64,000 nucleotides of DNA. Origin: a virus. The position numbers and the translations under genes are program-made. Of this stretch, positions 9,952 to 20,267 are shown piece after piece. The stretch's first letter is position 1. Every line of letters starts with the position of its first letter. The notes under the pieces are model-generated. The model was not told the DNA's origin. It worked only from the letters and a program-made list of their open reading frames with translations, and did not search any database. Where the stretch lies: positions 7,958-71,957 of the IMG/VR virus record IMGVR_UViG_3300031997_000007, one strand, 5' to 3'.

Positions 9952-9991
9952 AATTAAACTTAAACTTAATAAACACGAGGATTATAATAGT

Positions 9992-10777
9992 ATGTCTGAA
10001 AATCCACTAATAAACAATATTAAAATACCAGGTGAAATTATAAGATTACCATCACTTGGGTTATTTTACGATAACGGTGAACTTAATGAAAATGTACAAA
10101 ACGGGGAAGTAGAAGTATTCCCAATGAGTGCTTTTGATGAAATTGCTATGAGAAATATTGATCATATCATCAATGGTACGTCTATAACAGAAGTATTTTC
10201 TCGATGTATACCTGCGATAAAAAAACCTGCAGATTTATTTGGAAAAGATGTTGATCATCTATTATTAGTATTGCGTCGTATTACATATGGTCCAAATATT
10301 GAAGTTAGCTATACGCATTCATGTGAAACTGCTCAAGAACATAGGTATAAAATAGATATAACAGAAGTTATAAACAATACTCGAAATATTGATCCAACTA
10401 CAATAACTGCATTATATTCTGTTACAATGGATAATGGACAATTAGTTGAGCTTAGACCAGTTAGGTTCAAAGATATTGTTACAATTATGCAAGAATCAAA
10501 AAACTTTAGTACAACTCCATTATATGAAATACAGCAGAAATTAGTTGAATCAACTATTAGTATTATTCATTCAGTTGACGGTGATACTGATAAAAAACAT
10601 ATTTATGAATGGGCATCAGCTATACCAGCTCCATGGTTTAAAAAAATATCAGCTGCATTAGATGCCGGTAATAATTGGGGACCTGATTCAACACACACAG
10701 TTGAATGTCAAGATTGTCATCAACCAATGACAGTTGAATTACCACTCAATCCGTTAACTTTTTTTTTAGATTATTAA
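9992..10777 (+). CDS. gp26: Baseplate hub assembly chaperone (T4 gp26-like)
   Basis: RLPSLGLFY, DVDHLLLVLRRITYG, C-terminal CxxC and LNPLTFF. Confidence 0.8.
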   Translation: MSENPLINNIKIPGEIIRLPSLGLFYDNGELNENVQNGEVEVFPMSAFDEIAMRNIDHIINGTSITEVFSRCIPAIKKPADLFGKDVDHLLLVLRRITYGPNIEVSYTHSCETAQEHRYKIDITEVINNTRNIDPTTITALYSVTMDNGQLVELRPVRFKDIVTIMQESKNFSTTPLYEIQQKLVESTISIIHSVDGDTDKKHIYEWASAIPAPWFKKISAALDAGNNWGPDSTHTVECQDCHQPMTVELPLNPLTFFLDY

Positions 10778-11001
10778 AACACAAAAATACTGAAAAAATA
10801 CAAGAATATATTTCTCAATTAGGTAGTGAAATTAATAACATACTACAACAAATCATCGAACTTACTTATTTTATGAGAGGTAGTATGCAATATCACACAA
10901 TATTAAACTTGTCAGTACCTGAGCGTAAAATGATAAGTGAGTTTTTATCACAACGGATAAAAGAAGAAGTTAATAAACCTAGTGGATATGCTGTTTATTA
11001 A
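10759..11001 (+). CDS. gp51-like ORF lacking its own start, probably reached by -1 frameshift from gp26
   Basis: Open -1 frame FFRLLKHKNTEKIQEYISQL...YFMRGSMQYHTILNLSVPERKMISEFLSQRIKEE; T9 run at 10759-10767. Confidence 0.65.
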   Translation, partial: FFFRLLKHKNTEKIQEYISQLGSEINNILQQIIELTYFMRGSMQYHTILNLSVPERKMISEFLSQRIKEEVNKPSGYAVY

Positions 11002-11660
11002 TTATAATTTACATAAAAAGAATCAATTTTCTTTTTTAGTGGTGTTATATAAGGGTATATTGTTTTAACCATAATTTGAGGCATTATACCTTTTTCAACA
11101 GCAATTATAGTTACTATTTGTGGAATTTCAATTCCAGTTCTTTCATAAAAAGCTAATGCGTAAAATGTTTCTTGCATATAATAATCTTGTATCATCTCAT
11201 CTGTTTTTAAATTATTAGATGATTTAAAATCTATAATAGATGGTATTCCTTTCCATTCAGCAATACAATCAACTCGTCCAGCGATTCCTAATACATCACT
11301 ATAAAGTGCAACTTCCTGAGCAAAAATATTATTAATTTTAGATAATGCAAGTTTAATTTTATTATATAATAAAATATGCTCATACACATGACCTAACGTT
11401 GGATCTGGTTGATTATTAAGAGTCTTTTCACACATTTCATGCAACGCAGTGCCTCGTTCTGCACAACGTTTTGTCTCAATATCTGCTTTTGCTGTACCCA
11501 TATTCGCACGCCACTCATCAAGCCACGGTTTTGGTCCATAGCCTAATATTGATGTGATCGATGGATAATATTGACCAGATGGTGTTACATACCATCTGGA
11601 CTTTTTAACTTGTGTGGTTTTTAGATCTGGAAGTGAAATAGGTTTATGAATGTATATCAT
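10998..11660 (-). CDS. PD-(D/E)xK exonuclease
   Basis: YPSITSIL, RGTALH, EVAL, AGRVDC, IIDFKSS and QxxFY motifs. Confidence 0.88.
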   Translation of the reverse strand: MIYIHKPISLPDLKTTQVKKSRWYVTPSGQYYPSITSILGYGPKPWLDEWRANMGTAKADIETKRCAERGTALHEMCEKTLNNQPDPTLGHVYEHILLYNKIKLALSKINNIFAQEVALYSDVLGIAGRVDCIAEWKGIPSIIDFKSSNNLKTDEMIQDYYMQETFYALAFYERTGIEIPQIVTIIAVEKGIMPQIMVKTIYPYITPLKKKIDSFYVNYN

Positions 11661-12019
11661 TACACCACTGTGTTATTAGCTGTATGCTTCCATGTACCAC
11701 TACTATTATATACTTGTGATATATCAAACGGTGCACCTAACATCTCAGGTTTACTACCAACTAATCGAATTATGCTATGGTATGTACTATAAAAAGATGT
11801 TCCGTTTATACCAATAAATGTATTTGCAGCAAGTACTCCACCTGTTTTCGGATACGGTCCAGTTGCGGTATTAAATAAATTAACATCTATAGCTAATACA
11901 GGGTCTAAATCTATATATTTTTTTTCGATTAAATATTGCACATTTACTATTACTTCTAGTACAAAGCATTGTTCAGGGACCCCGTTAAATTTAACATCAA
12001 TTGATTGATATGGTATCAT
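11660..12019 (-). CDS. Hypothetical protein
   Basis: ORF with AGGAG RBS, coupled to neighbours. Confidence 0.65.
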   Translation of the reverse strand: MIPYQSIDVKFNGVPEQCFVLEVIVNVQYLIEKKYIDLDPVLAIDVNLFNTATGPYPKTGGVLAANTFIGINGTSFYSTYHSIIRLVGSKPEMLGAPFDISQVYNSSGTWKHTANNTVV

Positions 12020-12028
12020 AATATCTCC

Positions 12029-13186
12029 TTATACTTCAGTAATAGTTTGATTAGTTGCAGGGCTTGTACCTGTAACTGATTGTTGACTTGCTTGTTTAGT
12101 TTTTATAGCTAACTGTTGTTGTATTGCTCTTATTTGATTATCAATACCTTTAGTAGCTACTATTCTTTTCAAATTTAAAGCAGATAATTGTGCTTGTAAT
12201 GCAACAACTTCTTGTGTTGCATCTTCAACCATACGTTGTTTTTTTAATTTATAACTTTCATTTGAATAAACTCCGGGTCGCTTATCTGCACTTTGTGATA
12301 TTTCTTGACGATACTTAGCTAATTTTGTAATTCGTTGAGAAGCTTTTTTATTTTCTTGTTGTTGCTTAAAATAACTATCAGCATTTGCAAAATCTTCTTC
12401 AGATTTTACTTTTCGATCTGCAATATTTGCCGCATACTTTGCTTCTTTGGCCTCTGCTTCTTTAGCTTTTGCGTTTGCTTCTGCCATCCTTGCTTCTGCA
12501 TCCGCTTTTAACATATCAATAACTTTAAACAATATACTTTGATCATCTCCAGAACTACCTATATCACCAACACCTGTATCAGTTGGTAACTCACCTTCAC
12601 CTTCACCTTCACCTTCTTTTCCAGGTTCTTTTTCTCCTTCAGTTCCCGGCGGTAACTCTCCTTCTATTTCGTCACCTTTTTGCCCTTTCATATCAACATT
12701 TACTTCTTCATCTTCAGGTACAGGAGGCCATTCAACGTGTAATATATTAAAAGTATCTCGTAAATTAAAAAGAATTTCAGCCACATCCCTTTTATTTTCT
12801 GCATCTTTTATCTCATTATCAAGCGCACGTTTAAACTCTTCGTCTTGATCTTTTGCGACATACACTTTTGTAATTTCACCGTGTTCTCCTTCAATTCCAT
12901 AAACAACAGCATCTTTTTGCATATCATTATGTTTTTGAGCTGAGTTTAATTTAGATATAACATCCATTGAACTAAAAGAACTAGCACTATCAGATTCATG
13001 AATCTTTTTATACCCGTTCCAATTCGCTAATTTTTTATATTTAATAGTTTGAACTGGTATACGCGGCATTGGAACTTTTCTAGATATTGTTCCACCAAAC
13101 AATAATCCTCTTGTGCCTCCGATTGCTCCAGCTCCAGTTGCACCACCTGTTGCATCTTCTTTTAGTATATATTCTGAAAATCTCAT
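12029..13186 (-). CDS. Hypothetical, probable virion/internal head protein
   Basis: N-terminus MRFSEYILKE resembles the T4 capsid-targeting sequence; late promoter at 13249-13256. Confidence 0.65.
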   Translation of the reverse strand: MRFSEYILKEDATGGATGAGAIGGTRGLLFGGTISRKVPMPRIPVQTIKYKKLANWNGYKKIHESDSASSFSSMDVISKLNSAQKHNDMQKDAVVYGIEGEHGEITKVYVAKDQDEEFKRALDNEIKDAENKRDVAEILFNLRDTFNILHVEWPPVPEDEEVNVDMKGQKGDEIEGELPPGTEGEKEPGKEGEGEGEGELPTDTGVGDIGSSGDDQSILFKVIDMLKADAEARMAEANAKAKEAEAKEAKYAANIADRKVKSEEDFANADSYFKQQQENKKASQRITKLAKYRQEISQSADKRPGVYSNESYKLKKQRMVEDATQEVVALQAQLSALNLKRIVATKGIDNQIRAIQQQLAIKTKQASQQSVTGTSPATNQTITEV

Positions 13187-13338
13187 TGTGCATTATCCTC
13201 TTAATTTTTTACAATTCACATTTACTACATTAAAGTGAATGATAATATTATTTATATGGTAACTCTTATAAAGTGTATTTATATACTATGTCAGTTAATA
13301 GATAAATATATCAATATAATAATACATAGGTAACTTCC

Positions 13339-14226
13339 ATGATAAATAAAGAATTTTTAATTTTACAACTTACTACTATGATATCAGAAAGTGTTAATAT
13401 AAAAACCACTACCCCAATTATACAAGATGATGATAATAAATATGTTCTAATGTATGAGTATAATCCAACATTTGTTGATATATTACATGGTAAACACGTT
13501 AAACCGTTTCTTGTTTATGAATGTAATAATACGTTATATTGTGTGACAGTTAAACAATACAATGATAATCATGTTATTGATGTTGTTGAAATAATTACAG
13601 AAAAAGAAGAACATGAACGATATAACGCAATTGGAATTCATGTTAATGTAACATTAATGGGAATTAATCAAAATGAAATAATTGAAAGTAAAGTCGATAC
13701 TGGCGCTGAATGTTGTAGTTTAGGTGTTGAAGATATATCCATTATGAAAAGTGATGTAGATTCAGAAGCACAAAATGTTAAGTTTACATTTAATGAAAGA
13801 CAATACACTATGAAAGTTGATAATATGATTTCAGTACAATCCGCCGACGGTGGAATTGAATATAGGCCAACAGTGTTGTTCGATATTAAAATAAATGGAC
13901 ATCTTATTTCAGAAGTACGGGTTAATTTAAATGATAGATCACATATGCAATACAAATTCTTAATCGGTATAAATTTATTAGAAAAATGTGATTTGGTTAT
14001 TGACCCGTCTATATCAGAAGCGGAAATTCAATCAATTCATGATATGTTAAATGAACATAAAGAAACTGTTATCGATCCAGATAATATAAATGAAGTAGAT
14101 GTTAAACCACGTATAACAAGACAAATCTTTGAAATGCTATTAGCAAATCCGGATATATCTTTTAAAGATATTATTTCAATGGCAAAATTAGATGCAATAA
14201 ACGCAGTTGATCAATTACAGGCATAA
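13339..14226 (+). CDS. Retropepsin-like (RimK-associated Zn_protease family) peptidase domain protein
   Basis: KVDTGAECCSL ... VNLNDRSHMQYKFLIGINLL. Confidence 0.8.
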   Translation: MINKEFLILQLTTMISESVNIKTTTPIIQDDDNKYVLMYEYNPTFVDILHGKHVKPFLVYECNNTLYCVTVKQYNDNHVIDVVEIITEKEEHERYNAIGIHVNVTLMGINQNEIIESKVDTGAECCSLGVEDISIMKSDVDSEAQNVKFTFNERQYTMKVDNMISVQSADGGIEYRPTVLFDIKINGHLISEVRVNLNDRSHMQYKFLIGINLLEKCDLVIDPSISEAEIQSIHDMLNEHKETVIDPDNINEVDVKPRITRQIFEMLLANPDISFKDIISMAKLDAINAVDQLQA

Positions 14227-14228
14227 TC

Positions 14229-14837
14229 ATGAGTGATATTAAAAGTCCGTTTTTAATATATCAAAATTTTATATCGCCGTTAATGTGTGATAAAATAACA
14301 TCAAACTATGCACAAATAATTGAGGACGATGGATTGTGTATTTTAAAACCACAAGTTAATTTATCAACAATTATAACTGAAAAAATTAACGAAATTATAC
14401 ATGATATTATGACATATTATGATACAAATATACTTGATATAACTATTCCTACACTTTATGAATTAAAACAAGGTGCAAATAATAAACCACAATGTGATAG
14501 TAGTAATCATTTAAACGGTAAATGGGTACAAACATTTCCGAGAGATATATCAGGATATATTGCACTATGTAATTACAACGATAATATACCGTTTGATGAA
14601 AAATTTGAAGTGTATGGTGGTAAGTTAGAGTTCCCACAACATCAATTTGGATTTAATCCTCAAATCGGTACATTAATATTACATCCAAGTGGTCCTCATT
14701 TTATTCATCAACATACAACTATGGAATACGGTAATTTATTTTATATTCAATTTTTTCTAAAATCAGAAGTACCATATTTATATAATCCTACGAATTTTCC
14801 AGGTGATTATACTACATGGTTTAAGGAGATCGTATAA
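14229..14837 (+). CDS. 2OG-Fe(II) oxygenase-fold protein, possibly degenerate
   Basis: YGGKLEFP...GTLILHPSGPHFIH; HxD position reads QCD. Confidence 0.7.
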   Translation: MSDIKSPFLIYQNFISPLMCDKITSNYAQIIEDDGLCILKPQVNLSTIITEKINEIIHDIMTYYDTNILDITIPTLYELKQGANNKPQCDSSNHLNGKWVQTFPRDISGYIALCNYNDNIPFDEKFEVYGGKLEFPQHQFGFNPQIGTLILHPSGPHFIHQHTTMEYGNLFYIQFFLKSEVPYLYNPTNFPGDYTTWFKEIV

Positions 14838-14838
14838 A

Positions 14839-16347
14839 ATGTTTCAAGCGATTAAGACCGACTATAGTCTTTTAACTGTAGGTACAGTAGTTGATACAAA
14901 TGATCCTCAAGGTAGAGGTCGAATGAGAATATACTCAATGGCGTTAGGAGACCTACCAAACACCCCTATTGAAGATATACCGTGGTGTAGACAAGTTACT
15001 CCATTTGGAGGAGTTGTATCAACACCAGATACTATGAGTCGAGGACCACATAGTACAAGTACAACTACAGGCCCAGTTGCATATGGTATGTGGGGAGTTC
15101 CAAAAGTTGGTGCAATTGCAGTTATATCATGTCTGGATGGTGATTCTGCAAATAGAATATGGTTAGGATGTATGCACCCTATGGCAACCGAACATACAAT
15201 GCCACATGGTAGATATATAGAAAAAGAACTTGAAAAAGGAAAAGATGGAAAAAAAGGAAAAACAGTAATAGATGGACCGGTTTCATCTGCTGAACAACCG
15301 ATTCAACCCCTATACGATAATTTACGTACTGCATTTAGCGGAATTGCAGACGATATAATACATCAACAAAGTTTTGAATGGCAAACTCGTGCAATTGATA
15401 CATCTGTTACTGGATTATCACAGGAAGTCATTGATACTAAACAAATGCTATCTCAAAAACCGGATATAAAAAGTGGATATAAATCATCAAGAATAAATCC
15501 TGACCTTAAAGTACCTAATGCACCTAAAGTAAATTTTGATCCTCAAATTTATTCATGGACATCTCCAGGGTTTCATGCAGTATCAATGGAAGATAGTCCT
15601 GATAACTGTAGACTGAAAATTAGAACAGCCTCAGGTCATCAAATCATAATGGATGATACTAATGAACGAATATATATCTCAACAGCTGAAGGTGCAAATT
15701 GGATTGAATTTGATCAAGACGGTACAATTGATGTGTACGCAACACATAATGTATCAATTCACTCTGCTGATGATATAAATCTTACATCCGCTAAATCTAT
15801 TAGGTTAACGGCTGGAACATCTATTCATCTGGCTGCAACCGAAGAAGTAAGATCAACGAGTGGTAAAGAAACTCATATATTAGCCAATACTAATTTACGA
15901 ATACAATCAGTAGATAAATTTTTTCAAGAGGCAGGTGATACAATTGATATAACATCGGGTACAGATACTAACTTAACTGTTAACGCTGTACTTAACATAT
16001 TATCTATAGATAATACTAATTTAACTGTTAATAGTGTACTTAACATATTATCTACAGACGCCACTAAAATTACTGCTGATGGATTAAACTTACGTGGCGG
16101 GGGTTCGATAAAACAAACTGCAGGGAGAATAGATCTTAATGGACCAGCAGCAGATAAGGCTGCAGAAGCTGCAGAAGCTGCTCCTGCTAAAACAATAGCG
16201 GCGTTTTTAACTAATAGAATACCTAATCATGAACCATGGGGCAGAACTGGTACAAAAGATGATTATACACATGTTCCTAAGTATCCGTATAAAAGTGATG
16301 AAATTGGTAGAGATTATAAAAAACGAAATCCTAACTGGAAACGGTAA
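14839..16347 (+). CDS. gp5: Baseplate central spike (gp5/VgrG-like OB-fold plus beta-helix, no lysozyme domain seen)
   Basis: GTVVDTNDPQGRGRMRI, RTASGHQIIMDDTNERIYI, RIDLNG and RIPNHEPW; ATG 14839 after AAGGAG. Confidence 0.85.
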   Translation: MFQAIKTDYSLLTVGTVVDTNDPQGRGRMRIYSMALGDLPNTPIEDIPWCRQVTPFGGVVSTPDTMSRGPHSTSTTTGPVAYGMWGVPKVGAIAVISCLDGDSANRIWLGCMHPMATEHTMPHGRYIEKELEKGKDGKKGKTVIDGPVSSAEQPIQPLYDNLRTAFSGIADDIIHQQSFEWQTRAIDTSVTGLSQEVIDTKQMLSQKPDIKSGYKSSRINPDLKVPNAPKVNFDPQIYSWTSPGFHAVSMEDSPDNCRLKIRTASGHQIIMDDTNERIYISTAEGANWIEFDQDGTIDVYATHNVSIHSADDINLTSAKSIRLTAGTSIHLAATEEVRSTSGKETHILANTNLRIQSVDKFFQEAGDTIDITSGTDTNLTVNAVLNILSIDNTNLTVNSVLNILSTDATKITADGLNLRGGGSIKQTAGRIDLNGPAADKAAEAAEAAPAKTIAAFLTNRIPNHEPWGRTGTKDDYTHVPKYPYKSDEIGRDYKKRNPNWKR

Positions 16348-16397
16348 TTATAAAATACTAACAATATTATAAATATTAAAAAACATTTAAGGTTATT

Positions 16398-16856
16398 ATG
16401 GCATTATATACAGGATTTTCCTCATTAGATTTTTCAAAAGGTATTTCAAGATCTGGATTATTCCCATCGCTTAACACAATGGGATATTGTTCACCTTTGC
16501 CTAACGCTCCTAAAGTACATATACCGGGTAATAATACGTTAATATTGACTGATATAAAATTAGTTGAACGAAATATACTAAATCATATATTTACTAAAAA
16601 AGGAACTAGAGTAATGATGCCGAATTTTGGTACAACTATTCCAAGTATGGTATTTGAACCGTTAGATGAATATGTAATAGAATCAGTTCGATCTGATGTC
16701 GAAAGTGTTGTGGCTTATGATCCTAGGGTTAGATTAGTAACAATAACAGTAGTACCTAATTACGATACTAATAGTTTGTCTGTGTCTTTAATGTTACAAT
16801 ATATTGAACTGAATGTAACACAAGGTATGAATTTTAATATTGAATTTACACAATAG
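16398..16856 (+). CDS. gp25: Baseplate wedge subunit (gp25-like)
   Basis: TKKGTRVMMPNFGT...FEPLD...YDPRV; TATAAATA at 16368-16375. Confidence 0.9.
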   Translation: MALYTGFSSLDFSKGISRSGLFPSLNTMGYCSPLPNAPKVHIPGNNTLILTDIKLVERNILNHIFTKKGTRVMMPNFGTTIPSMVFEPLDEYVIESVRSDVESVVAYDPRVRLVTITVVPNYDTNSLSVSLMLQYIELNVTQGMNFNIEFTQ

Positions 16857-17088
16857 ATATAGTTACAATAAGTATTTAATACTATAATCTGGTATTTAGT
16901 TATAACTATTTAATTGTATACTACCTAACTTATTAAATAATAACTACTCGGTTAAATATGTCATATATTCTTCTTTGGATATAATGATAAAGGTTCAAAC
17001 ATATTTTAATATAAATATATTTGAACCTTTATCATTATATCACAAGTTAATGATAATATCAATAATATTTATTAAGGTAATCGGTACA

Positions 17089-20000
17089 ATGAGCAGACAA
17101 ATATCACAAGCAGAAGGTTGGGAACAAGTATATAAAGCATATCAACAGATTAATTTTTCTGCATTTGATTTCGCAACTGTAAAACAAGCTCTAATTGACT
17201 ACTTCAAATTATTTCATCCTGAATTTAATAATTATATTGAAACTGACGAGTTTATAATGATAATTGAAGCTCTAAGTTACATTTCAGAGCTTTATGCATA
17301 TCGGTTAGATGTCGTAGCACACGAAAATTTATTACCGACTGCTCAACGAAAAGATAGTGTTCTACGGCTTGCTAAGCTAATTTCATATGCACCATCAAGA
17401 AACATACCTGGACGAGGATTAGTTAAAATTGTATCAATATCAACAACCGAGGATGTAATTGATTCAAATGGAAATAATCTTGCAAATAAAACCATAAATT
17501 GGAATGATATACTTAATTCAAATTGGAAAGAACAATTTATATTAGTATTAAATAGAGCTTTAAAACAAAACTTTGGCACGGTTTTACCAAATGATCGAGT
17601 TCAAGTACAAGATCAAATATTTGAATTATATACATTAAATAATATACCGTTAACAAACAGTGTTATTAAATATACTACTACTGTTGCAAGTAATACTATA
17701 CCTATGGAATTAGTTTCATCTGATATTAGTACATCTGGTCCGTACGAACATCGCCCAGAAGTTGATGCACCGTTTAATATATTATACGGATCAGACGGTT
17801 TAAGTGATAACTCTAATATGACTGGATTTTTTATTTTAACAAAACAAGGTCAACTCCAAAAACAAACAGCTACATTTGATGGAATAACCCCAAATCAAAC
17901 ATATGATGTTCTTATTAATAATATAAATGATACAGATGTTTGGGTGAATAATGTTAACACGAATACAAGATCTATACTCGATAATAAAACAGTAAAATAT
18001 ATACGTTCCGGAGAATGGGAAGAGGTTGATGTAGCGTATGCTTATAATATAATATTTAATACGAATAGTAATCGAAATAAATATGAAGTTGAAACACTAC
18101 AAAATGATAATATTAGAATTATATTTGGTGATGGTGAATTTTCTAACACTCCTAATGGTGATTTTGATATTTGGTATAGAACTTCTAATAATAGTGCTAT
18201 TACAATACCGCCTACAGCTATTTTAAATCTTGAATCTAATTTTACTTATATTAATAATAATAATACAATACACACATTATTATTTACGTTTTCATTAACA
18301 ACTCCGATTCAAAACGCTGCACCGTCTGAAGATATAGAGCATATTAGAAAAATGGCTCCAGCCGTTTATTATTCTCAAGATCGTATGGTTAACGGTCCAG
18401 ATTATAATTCATATATGTTACAAGATCAAACAATTTTAAAGCTTAAATCGATTAATCGTAGTTTTGCCGGCGAATCTCAATATATGCATTGGTATGACGC
18501 GAGTAATACATATGCAAATGTAAAAATATTTGGTGATGATCTATCTTTATATTATACAGAATCAATTCAACAATTAATAGATATACCTAATAACATCGCA
18601 GCGGTGACAGTAATTAATAATTATGTAGAACCGTTATTATCAAATATATTCACTTATATAGATAGAACTGTTAATTATTATTCAAATCCTTCTCGTAGAT
18701 ACTTTACCGAAGATGAAAAACAATCTTTTATTTATGGATATATGGGTGAAATGTATTATCTAACTGTATTCAACCCACCTAATCCACAATTTCCGGTTGG
18801 TTTGAAATATATATCAACTGGAACTACAACCGGTGTATGGACTCCAAGATTCATACACAATACCTTAGATATGAATTGGGATATATTAATTAATAGAGAA
18901 ATAGTTGGATTAATAACTATATGGAACGTGAAGTATAAAATGACAGATATAAGTGTTGAGAGTCCTACAACTAAATTCTGGTATAATAATAATTTAAAAG
19001 TTGTAAATTATGAAACCCTAAATTCTCAATATGATACAATTACGTTATTAAAAGCTAACCTTGGTAATAAACGAGTAATTGGTGATACTAATATATTAAG
19101 CTCAGATCTTGATTTAGTTGTTATTGGGCAACCAGTGTTTGATAGTAATATACAACTTAACGGATTATCTGATGAACGTAAATTACACGTTGTTTCACCT
19201 GATGTTAATAACGACGGATTACCAGATAATGTTACATTGTATGAAATTATGAATAACACTAAAACTGTAACACATAATATTGTGTTAAATTATGATTATT
19301 ATTTTTTGGTTAGTGATATAATAGTAACTGGTAATGTTAATAATTCTATAACATATACAACCGATGGTAATATTATTACTAATAGTATACATGTTATCGA
19401 CTTAGCTAGTAATACAAGTGTTACAGTTTCTATAAGTGACTATGTATATTTTTATAGATCTAATCAAAATATTGAGTGGTCGGCTGTTGAGGGTACTGTC
19501 GATACTATTAACAATTGGTTAGCGGATATTAATAATATTAATTATAAAAGGTTACCTGGTAGATACGGTTTAAATTTCTTATGGTTACATAAAACTCCAA
19601 GATATCATTTAGTTGACCCAAATGTAACTAATATAATTGATTCATTTATTATAACACGAGGACATTATCTTAATGTACGAGAATGGTTAGATGGGAATAT
19701 AACTCAAGTACCGACACCTCCGACCCCACAAGAATTAAAAACATCATATCAGCAATTAACCGCAAGTAAAATGATATCTGATACGTTGATATTACATCCA
19801 GGTGTTTTTAAAATTATATTCGGTCCTTTTGCAATACCTCAATTACAAGCAAAATTTGTATTAGTACAATCAACTAATTCAATTATGACAATAAATCAGA
19901 TTAAATTAAATGTAGTTGAATCGATTAGATCATTTTTTGATATAAATAATTGGGATTTTGGATATAATTTTAATTTTACCGAATTAGTCTCTAAAATTCA

Positions 20001-20178
20001 TTATGATCTTAACTATAATATCGATACCGTCGTATTGGTTCCGTTATATGAACAAAATTTATTTGGGGATTTATTTCAAGTAAGTGCTAAAGAAAATGAA
20101 ATATTAATACCAAGCATATCGACTGATAGTATTGAAGTAGTTAGATCGTTAAATCATAATAATATAAGACAGGCATAA
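17089..20178 (+). CDS. gp6: Baseplate wedge subunit (gp6-like)
   Basis: DFATVKQAL, TAQRKDSVLRLAKLISY, IIFGDG and QDRMVNGPDY; MSRQ start after AAGG. Confidence 0.88.
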   Translation: MSRQISQAEGWEQVYKAYQQINFSAFDFATVKQALIDYFKLFHPEFNNYIETDEFIMIIEALSYISELYAYRLDVVAHENLLPTAQRKDSVLRLAKLISYAPSRNIPGRGLVKIVSISTTEDVIDSNGNNLANKTINWNDILNSNWKEQFILVLNRALKQNFGTVLPNDRVQVQDQIFELYTLNNIPLTNSVIKYTTTVASNTIPMELVSSDISTSGPYEHRPEVDAPFNILYGSDGLSDNSNMTGFFILTKQGQLQKQTATFDGITPNQTYDVLINNINDTDVWVNNVNTNTRSILDNKTVKYIRSGEWEEVDVAYAYNIIFNTNSNRNKYEVETLQNDNIRIIFGDGEFSNTPNGDFDIWYRTSNNSAITIPPTAILNLESNFTYINNNNTIHTLLFTFSLTTPIQNAAPSEDIEHIRKMAPAVYYSQDRMVNGPDYNSYMLQDQTILKLKSINRSFAGESQYMHWYDASNTYANVKIFGDDLSLYYTESIQQLIDIPNNIAAVTVINNYVEPLLSNIFTYIDRTVNYYSNPSRRYFTEDEKQSFIYGYMGEMYYLTVFNPPNPQFPVGLKYISTGTTTGVWTPRFIHNTLDMNWDILINREIVGLITIWNVKYKMTDISVESPTTKFWYNNNLKVVNYETLNSQYDTITLLKANLGNKRVIGDTNILSSDLDLVVIGQPVFDSNIQLNGLSDERKLHVVSPDVNNDGLPDNVTLYEIMNNTKTVTHNIVLNYDYYFLVSDIIVTGNVNNSITYTTDGNIITNSIHVIDLASNTSVTVSISDYVYFYRSNQNIEWSAVEGTVDTINNWLADINNINYKRLPGRYGLNFLWLHKTPRYHLVDPNVTNIIDSFIITRGHYLNVREWLDGNITQVPTPPTPQELKTSYQQLTASKMISDTLILHPGVFKIIFGPFAIPQLQAKFVLVQSTNSIMTINQIKLNVVESIRSFFDINNWDFGYNFNFTELVSKIHYDLNYNIDTVVLVPLYEQNLFGDLFQVSAKENEILIPSISTDSIEVVRSLNHNNIRQA

Positions 20179-20267
20179 TATGTATATAATATCTCGCCTG
20201 TGATTTTGCAGTATAATGTTTTTAATAAATAGTATTATATCCAAAATACAGGTAGAGAGTATTTATT

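Noticed and set aside
10998-11660. Cas4 / CRISPR adaptation gene
   Set aside because: Lacks the Cas4 four-Cys cluster; ordinary phage PD-(D/E)xK exonuclease with no array nearby
15966-16060. 48-bp tandem duplication in gp5
   Set aside because: Ordinary beta-helix repeat expansion (TNLTVNxVLNILSxD twice)
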